Shown here: positions 57,424-64,000 of the stretch, in pieces
Layout: every line of letters begins with the position of its first letter
How positions within the stretch are numbered: position 1 is the stretch's first letter
Assembly: GCF_011745625.1 (NCBI RefSeq)
Contig: NW_027191452.1
Coordinates: 1,178,001-1,242,000, forward strand
Reading direction: 5' to 3'
Length of the DNA stretch: 64,000 nt
From: Cladosporium halotolerans
Lineage: Eukaryota
The notes under the pieces: model-generated
Seen by the model: the letters and a program-made list of their open reading frames with translations, nothing else
Database searches by the model: none
What the model was told of the DNA's origin: nothing
Program-made: the position numbers and the translations under genes

Positions 57424-58500
57424 TTACTTGCGCATCTTCTTGTCCATGCGGCGCTTCTTGATATCGAATGCGTCGCCAATGCCATCACCGCGCGGCCCAT
57501 CCTCCGTGGCCCTGCGCTTGCGGCTCTTGTCAAGCGCAGAGTCCTTGCCCTTCTTCCTCGTAAGGTCTCCGATTCTGTCCAAGCTCTCACCAAGGCCCTT
57601 CCATTCCTCTCCACCGTAGTTGGCACGATCCTTCTGCTTGTACTTCGCCAGCTCTTTCTTGCTCTCCTTCGGTAGACGCACGAGGTTTGTCTCTTCGTAA
57701 TTGCGCCTCTCCGCTTCTCTTGCCATCGCTTTTGCGTTCTTCGTAGTGCGGCCACCTGCGACAACATTGCTGCCGATACTGGGCTGAGCCACAGGGTTTG
57801 CAGAGAGCTCGTTGGTAATGTACTCGTCGACGGTAGAGTTGTGTCCGGGTCTGGCCGCGCGCTTCTCTCGCTGTTCGGTGGTGGGCATAGCAGTCGCTGA
57901 GATGCGCGGGGGGCGGTAGACACCGTCTTCATTCTTCCTCGAGTAGCGTCCAACCTTCTCTTGCTCTTCCTCTGCTTGCGGAGCGGCGAAAGCAGCCGGG
58001 TTCGGACGGTAGGACAGCTCGTCAATATCATCACCCGCGGACTCTGCGCTCTCGTCGTCAGAGCCGTCCTCTGAGTCGTCGCTAGAATCTTCCTCAGCCT
58101 TCGCACGACCGTTTGTGGCAAGCTGAGACTTTTGGTTTGCTGCGCGGTCCTCATCCTCGGCCGCCTTGACGACCTTGTCCACTTGGTATTTGATGCGCTG
58201 CTCCAAAGGCCGAACGCCACGGTCAAGGTAGACTCTGTGCTCAACCAGCTTTTTTGTGAGTGTTTCGCTCAGCGCACTGGTCTCATCCGAGTTTTCGCCA
58301 TCTTTGATGCCTCGCAGAACATTCAAATTACGCAAAGCCAGAGTCTGGAGGTAGGCCAGGAAGATCTCATTCTTCGCATCCAATAGAGTAATTCCATTCT
58401 CCGGCGGTAAAAGGCTTGCGGAGTCAGGCAACCCGCTCGTGGCAGCCGCAGCAGATGCTGTAAAGCTGGACAGGACGTCCTTGAGCGATGCGGCCGCCAT
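57424..58500 (-). CDS. lcp5: U3 snoRNP protein Lcp5/neuroguidin (Sas10/Utp3 family)
   Basis: GITLLDAKNEIFLAY, VRPLEQRIKYQVDK, YRPNP, GVYRPPRI, YEETNLVRL. Confidence 0.88.
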   Translation of the reverse strand: MAAASLKDVLSSFTASAAAATSGLPDSASLLPPENGITLLDAKNEIFLAYLQTLALRNLNVLRGIKDGENSDETSALSETLTKKLVEHRVYLDRGVRPLEQRIKYQVDKVVKAAEDEDRAANQKSQLATNGRAKAEEDSSDDSEDGSDDESAESAGDDIDELSYRPNPAAFAAPQAEEEQEKVGRYSRKNEDGVYRPPRISATAMPTTEQREKRAARPGHNSTVDEYITNELSANPVAQPSIGSNVVAGGRTTKNAKAMAREAERRNYEETNLVRLPKESKKELAKYKQKDRANYGGEEWKGLGESLDRIGDLTRKKGKDSALDKSRKRRATEDGPRGDGIGDAFDIKKRRMDKKMRK

Positions 58501-58913
58501 TTTGCGTGGTGGGTCTGGTAGACGTGCAAGTTCGAGGCTGCTTCACATGAAAACCCTCGGAAATTCTTCGACGATCGGCGGTCGGACGATTTTTGACCGA
58601 GGGACGCGCTTCGTCGACTTTTGGCATCTAGGCTCTCGGTCGCGTCTGCCAGCACGGTGACCGTGCGCACCGCACCTCCAACTGAGTATCGCCCACCACT
58701 GATGATTGAAGCAGCGCCAGCACTATCTCTCAGCAATGGTAATGGGAAGTCTCAAACTGCTGGTTATGCGCCACATCACTTGAGACATAATCAACCGCAC
58801 TGCACTCACTCCGACAGTCTGGCAACGAGCCGCATCAACTTGATCGACCAACGTTGTCGATCAATAGCGTAGCATAGCTCTGGCGATCGCTCGACGGGAC
58901 AATTGTCATCGCA

Positions 58914-61175
58914 ATGCCACCAGTCAGAGTTCTCTCTATCTTTGATTGCCAATCCGACGGCGACTCGGCGAGATGGCCAACTCCCGACAAAGGTCTCACT
59001 CGTAACGACGAGCACTTTCTTGACAAAGTCGCAAACGAGAGGTGGGCAAAGGACCGCAGCGAGGCGGATCTTGGTGGGCCGCCGTCAATCGCCACATGGC
59101 GCCTCAACAGACTCCCATCCGGTTTTGCTGGGTTCGAGAAGGGCAGAACTGGCTCCGCACATATCGACAGATTCGTGTACGGTCATCAGCGAGGCGCCTT
59201 CAGATCCATCAATGAGTTCTATCCGCACTTCAAGCATTTGATGGACAACGGCGGGCCCATCGGCTGCCAGTGCAAGCTATGCAGCGCGCAACCGAAGCGT
59301 CCTGGCCAGAGTCGCCGGACGAGTGTTAGTAACGGCATTCGAAGTGTTAGTCCCACTCGAAGATCCAGTCAATTGACGTCGTCAAACCCACCACCATCTT
59401 CTGCGCCACATCGACTACAACCTGCTCATTCAGCGTCCATTTCACAAGCCCGGCCAATCGGTCTTGATCTTATGCCGCACGGCCGCTTACCATCTCCATC
59501 ACCGCCTCGATCGCCGAGGCAGCAATTTGATGAAGAAAGCACGCCAGACGTCTTCCGTGACATGCTAGACAGCCTGGTCAATGCGGAAGCTGGGACTGTT
59601 GTCGATCAGAAGGTAAGTGAGCCGTCATCGCCAGACTGGCAGGTAGGCCACGGCATTCTGGAAGCGTCGCTCGATGACTGGCGAAACATTCCGCGCTTTG
59701 TTCCGCGTACTGGCGAAGTTGTCTTATTTGCACGCGATGTCAGTCCGAATGAGGTGCTAGGATGGGATAGCGCAGAACTCACTTGGCGTAAGTTTGACTC
59801 AAAGGCAGGGAAGATGCTCGCGAGGCCTAGATGGGAAGCGGGTGTGGTCACCCAGATGCCTTTACAACCAGTTGGCGGAAACGACTTAGCCTCGACGCCG
59901 GATTCAAAGAGCAACGTCGCGATCTCTGGCTTCAGACTCGAACCGCTGGCTAAACCTGGAAGCTCAGACAAGCAAATATCCAAGCAGCATCGCTATGTCC
60001 CTCTCCATGGGATAAGACCATTGGTCTATTGGCGTGACTGCCTGAGCGATCTACCTGAGTCTGAATGGCACGAAACAGTAAGGGATGCTTTAGCGACGAG
60101 CAACACTTTCTCTCTCGTTGGTAGGGACAGGTTCACAGGTGACCTCAAGGGACTATCCGGGCCAGAAGCAACGATATATTGCAACGGCGCTTACATCGGC
60201 TCCGAGTTGATTCTGACGGGCGACACCGTGAGGCTTCTTCCCAACCCAGATGAACAGAAGCCCAGCGAAGCGACAGACGCCATGATCATAACCTCAATCA
60301 AATTGCGAATTGTGAAGATCGGCGACGCCGGGAACGATGACTGGGATGACAGCTATCCGTACACAATATGCTTACATGTTAGCGGCAAAGCCTTAACTCT
60401 TGACCGCAAGAGAAGCTTCGACGGGCTCGGGAAAGTACCTATTCTCCCGGGCTCTAGGTTCTTGCCTCCGGGAGTTGAGGGTTATGGCCAGTGGTATCAT
60501 ATGGCCGACCCAAAAAGAACCAGGGCACGCCTCGAGGTACCGTTCACTCGGGTTCTTGGCCGCGTGCATGAGAACATTGCTATGGACACATGGTTCCACG
60601 CGTACGCGTCTTCGGAAGCGTCCATCAAGCCTATGCCAAAACCGGCTCCCCCTGCATCCGATATTAGACGCGGCTTGTCCGGCCTCCTAGAAGCCCGCGA
60701 TTATGCGGTCAACGAAGACTCTCGCATCGACAGAAATGCGGGCAAGTCATGGTTCTGGGCAGACACTCGCGTCGAAGCACTGGATCTTCACGAGGTGAAT
60801 AATCGCTTCGTGGGGGTCAAAGACGAGACCAGGACTCCCAAACAGATGGCGGAATGGAGAAAAGTGCTCAAAGCGCTTGGTGGAGGGAAAAGCGGTCTTG
60901 CTGATTACCACGCTGCTATCAAAAGACGAGAAGCGGAGACCAGGAAGGAGAGAGAGGGCCTGACGGCGGGAAGTTATGGTATGGTTGGAGCAGCTGTGAC
61001 TGTGCCGGTCGGGACGAGTGGGAGCGGAACCGATGTCGATGGGGAGGCACAAGTTTCTGGAGGCAGGGACGACTTGGAAGTGATGGAGGTCGATGAAGAT
61101 GAAAGCGCCGATATCCATGATGTGGCGCGGAAGGCAGGCTTGGACGATACCATAGAACTGTCAAGTGACGAGTGA
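58914..61175 (+). CDS. clr2: Cryptic loci regulator 2 (Clr2) silencing protein homolog
   Basis: SDGD N-terminus, LPSGF..FEK.R...DRFVYGH..FRSINEFYPHF...CQCKLC, PRTGEVVLF, WEAGVVTQ, GAYIGSE..GDTVRL, DTRVEALDL. Confidence 0.8.
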   Translation: MPPVRVLSIFDCQSDGDSARWPTPDKGLTRNDEHFLDKVANERWAKDRSEADLGGPPSIATWRLNRLPSGFAGFEKGRTGSAHIDRFVYGHQRGAFRSINEFYPHFKHLMDNGGPIGCQCKLCSAQPKRPGQSRRTSVSNGIRSVSPTRRSSQLTSSNPPPSSAPHRLQPAHSASISQARPIGLDLMPHGRLPSPSPPRSPRQQFDEESTPDVFRDMLDSLVNAEAGTVVDQKVSEPSSPDWQVGHGILEASLDDWRNIPRFVPRTGEVVLFARDVSPNEVLGWDSAELTWRKFDSKAGKMLARPRWEAGVVTQMPLQPVGGNDLASTPDSKSNVAISGFRLEPLAKPGSSDKQISKQHRYVPLHGIRPLVYWRDCLSDLPESEWHETVRDALATSNTFSLVGRDRFTGDLKGLSGPEATIYCNGAYIGSELILTGDTVRLLPNPDEQKPSEATDAMIITSIKLRIVKIGDAGNDDWDDSYPYTICLHVSGKALTLDRKRSFDGLGKVPILPGSRFLPPGVEGYGQWYHMADPKRTRARLEVPFTRVLGRVHENIAMDTWFHAYASSEASIKPMPKPAPPASDIRRGLSGLLEARDYAVNEDSRIDRNAGKSWFWADTRVEALDLHEVNNRFVGVKDETRTPKQMAEWRKVLKALGGGKSGLADYHAAIKRREAETRKEREGLTAGSYGMVGAAVTVPVGTSGSGTDVDGEAQVSGGRDDLEVMEVDEDESADIHDVARKAGLDDTIELSSDE

Positions 61176-61463
61176 AGCTTCCAAAATTGCAAGCAGCGAA
61201 TCTGTTGCTTGAACAGCAAGATAGTCTGTGGTAACTTGAACTTCAACTTGTCAGAGCATGACGAAGCATAGCCAAAAGGAAAGTGCTACGTGCAATCGAG
61301 CCTTTCGTGGCGCGTTGCATGATCGTTGGACGGCATTGATGATTATTCTATTGTGTATGCGATTCTAGGCATTCGACACACGATGCACCTCATCCATCCT
61401 GGCTTTCCAACCTTCGGCGCTCAAAGACAATATCCAGTGCTCGCTTGACGTCTGGATTATTCC

Positions 61464-62559
61464 TCATGGTGTTCCGATGAGCCATTCTTTGATGCTTCCC
61501 CTGAGAGGCTTCATCGCAGGGTCATCATTTGCAAACGGCGCTAGCTCCAACCCCATCAATCTCGTGATTTCCTGATCGGTGGCCCTAGACAGCATTTCTA
61601 AACGATCAATTTGCTGAGAAGACACCACTGTTCCATCTGATGCCGCTGGCTGTGGGCCTTTCAACAAGGGTCCAAGTTGCGCCATGGCGATGAAGAAAGT
61701 GACAGCAATTTTTCGAAGTAACTCCAGCATTTGGAAAGGGAGATAGGGCGGCCGAAGACTGGTATTGATCAGGATGGGGTTGATCATCCTGCTAAGCGTT
61801 GTCGGAAACTGCGTCCGAGTCATAACATAAAGCTCGATCATGAACAAGGAAGCCATCACCAGATATCGCCAGAACTTGCCGGTTTGGAGCTGGCCAAAGA
61901 CACTCAGAAGGACCAATACTGCGCCGGTGCCGATATAGTAGCCACCCGTGTTCTGGACTCCAGTCATGATGTAGTCGCGAATCGTCTTTGCTTGCTGCCA
62001 CTGCAGGATCTGGGGACCAAAGCGGTCGTATGCGAACCGTTTGGTAGGATCAATCAGAGTGTCTTTAGCCAGCAGCAAGCGTACATAAATCGATTCGACG
62101 GTCGAGCGATCTGGGCCGGAAGCTTTGTCTGGGTGAAATTGAACGGTCCTGTGGTCTGGTCAGATGGTATTGACTGATGAACGGTGCCGTTTTACACTTA
62201 CAATCGCCTAAACCGACTCTGGACCGCCCTCTCTGAAACATCATGAGCGACCCCCAGGTCTTGGTAGAAATCGCCCGCTACCTGCAGCTGATAGTCTGCC
62301 TCATATACGGTGTACAGAAGATAAGAGAGAATCACACAGATGTGGATCCGTCTTCTGTCGCGAACGAAGCGTGGCGACCCAGGTGCCGGTTTGGGGTCCC
62401 CAGCACGAATCAATATTGCGTACAACGCAGTTTGCACGTAGCCTGTTACAAGCTGCGAGCTTGTCAGTGTCTAGTCGTCTCGAATGATGTTAAAGTGTGA
62501 GACAATACCCCAGGCAAGAAATACCATCCCGCCAGCGAGAGCAGGCCGCTCGCCGACAT
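61464..62559 (-). CDS. Membrane-associated DnaJ chaperone (introns about 62453-62508, 62149-62201); C-terminus probably truncated by a 1-bp frameshift
   Basis: Spliced MSASGLLSLAGWYFLPG|LVTGYVQ; J domain DFYQDLGV...FHPDK...KRFAYDRFG; transmembrane segments. Confidence 0.85.
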
Positions 62560-62817
62560 TTTCCTGAATCGGTCTCTATGGAAAGCTATTCGTAACTTCC
62601 ATCGACGTTCTTTGGCCGATGAAAGCTAAACCGCTGGTCAATTGTTTACGTGCGCTTGCTGCTACAATGAACAGAGGCAATGCAAGGGACCAGGTGTCGT
62701 GCGTCGTGTCAGAAGTCGTGGTCGGGTGGACTTTTTCGCCGGCTTCTCCAAGTTGCAGCTCTCGCTTTTGGCTTCGGCAACTTTTTGCGACGAGCTTGCG
62801 ACAAGCAGCTTGCGAAC

Positions 62818-63987
62818 ATGTCCACTGAGAACATGTCGCCCGCCTCAAAAGACAGTGCGGAAAAGATGTCGAAGAAACGAAGAAGAGAAGAAGAGCTGGC
62901 TCAAAGCAAAGACGCGAAGCCCGCGCCCGAAACCGAGTCTACCCCGGCGAAAAAGCAGAAGAAATCGAAGAAGGATCGTGATGCCGCTGTCAAGAAGGAG
63001 CCCACAGAAGAGTCAGTCGAAGTAGCGACACCGGCCAAGGAAAAGAAAAAGAAGAAGAGAAAGGGCACGGAAACGCAGGCCGACGAAGCAGATGCGAAGC
63101 CAGCAGCATCTGGAGAGAATTCCGACAACGGCCAGGAACCGCCTGCGAATGTGGAAGACGAGACGTCGAAGAAATCGAGAAAGAGACAGAAGGACAGTCA
63201 GAACGATGTCGCAGAAAGCAATGGCACCGAGGAGAGCAAACTCATCGTTTCCGAGACCGCAACTACCATCACTGCTATCGACAACAAGCAATTACAGTCT
63301 AGTCCGCCTTTTGTGCAACAGACGACATCGTTCTATCTGGCCCTGTCACCAATTGCTCATGACTTTCCACTGGATGGACTTTGCGCTGAGCACATATCGC
63401 CTCTCCTTCTCACATACTACCCTCCTATGAAGGGCATCGTACTGTCTTACAGCGACCCGCGACTTTCTGAGGCGCCGGAGAAGCGTGGAGTCCAGATAAA
63501 GAAGGAAAAGCGATCAAAAACGGTGCTCGGTCGAAGTGTTGACGAGTATGCTGTCACCTACGTCTGGCTTACTGTGGAATTCCTACTTTTCAAGCCGCAG
63601 CGAGGCACTGTGCTGGAGGGCTATGTCAACCTGCAGAACGAAAGTATTCTCGGTTTGATTTGCTACAACTACTTTAATGCCGGCATTGAGCGTTCGCGGA
63701 TACCAAAGGATTGGCAGTGGGTGGAAGACGAGGCTGCAGAGGTGGATGGGGAGATGACAAGGAAGGGTCGCCGTGAGGCAGCCGGACATTATGTGAACGC
63801 AGACGGCAACAAGGTCGAAGGCAAGATTGTCTTCAAAGTCAAGGATTTCGAAGCCACGGCTGGCGCAGAGACCGGAAGTGGAAGTATCAACATTTACGGC
63901 ACACTGCTGACCGAAAGTGATGACACGAAGGTCGATGAGGAAGTTAAGCAAAAGAGCGCGGCAAGAGGAAGGCCGTCGCGAAGATAA
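62818..63987 (+). CDS. rpa43: RNA polymerase I subunit Rpa43
   Basis: Lys-rich N-terminus; FVQQTTSFYLALSP, HISPLLLTYYPPMKGIVLSY, FLLFKPQRGTVLEGYVNLQNESILGLICYNYFNA, INIYGTL. Confidence 0.85.
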   Translation: MSTENMSPASKDSAEKMSKKRRREEELAQSKDAKPAPETESTPAKKQKKSKKDRDAAVKKEPTEESVEVATPAKEKKKKKRKGTETQADEADAKPAASGENSDNGQEPPANVEDETSKKSRKRQKDSQNDVAESNGTEESKLIVSETATTITAIDNKQLQSSPPFVQQTTSFYLALSPIAHDFPLDGLCAEHISPLLLTYYPPMKGIVLSYSDPRLSEAPEKRGVQIKKEKRSKTVLGRSVDEYAVTYVWLTVEFLLFKPQRGTVLEGYVNLQNESILGLICYNYFNAGIERSRIPKDWQWVEDEAAEVDGEMTRKGRREAAGHYVNADGNKVEGKIVFKVKDFEATAGAETGSGSINIYGTLLTESDDTKVDEEVKQKSAARGRPSRR

Positions 63988-64000
63988 GAGGGGCGCATTG

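Noticed and set aside
14103..61175. Co-occurrence of a Clr5-domain gene, Ies4, Top3 and Clr2 as a 'chromatin cluster'
   Set aside because: The genes are far apart and interspersed with unrelated housekeeping genes; no shared motif seen

Overview
Gene-dense, intron-containing filamentous ascomycete DNA. Short GT-AG introns with CTRAC branch points and the gene families present suggest a Dothideomycete, probably Mycosphaerellales/Capnodiales; that assignment is an inference. About 25 protein-coding genes and at least 2 pseudogenes can be supported. I saw no tRNA, rRNA, CRISPR array or intact transposon. Housekeeping genes include a GT90/CAP10 glycosyltransferase, a TPR-DnaJ co-chaperone, a GH31 alpha-glucosidase, Rab4/Ypt4, a Clr5-domain protein, a PAS hybrid histidine kinase, an ALDH, RanBPM/Gid1, Ies4, Top3, dynactin p62, a PXB/DUF3818 protein, an Ayr1-like SDR, Lcp5, Clr2, a membrane DnaJ and Rpa43. 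The most interesting element is a compact four-gene catabolic cluster at about 27.0-35.8 kb. It contains a Put3/PrnA-like Zn2Cys6 regulator, a proline dehydrogenase whose specificity-gate Tyr is replaced by Cys (the hydroxyproline-dehydrogenase-like state), a P5C dehydrogenase, and a divergently transcribed sarcosine/pipecolate-oxidase-family flavoenzyme ending in a PTS1 signal. Four CGG-N8-CCG inverted repeats lie in the cluster's promoters. This looks like a dedicated pathway for hydroxyproline or another modified proline rather than the canonical prn cluster. Other points are a 14-nt microexon followed by a GC-AG intron, two stop-free in-frame introns, a probable 1-bp frameshift in the membrane DnaJ, and recurrent strand-independent C-to-G skew inversions in GC-rich islands. 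Exon boundaries were read by eye, and family assignments come from motif recognition, not database searches.
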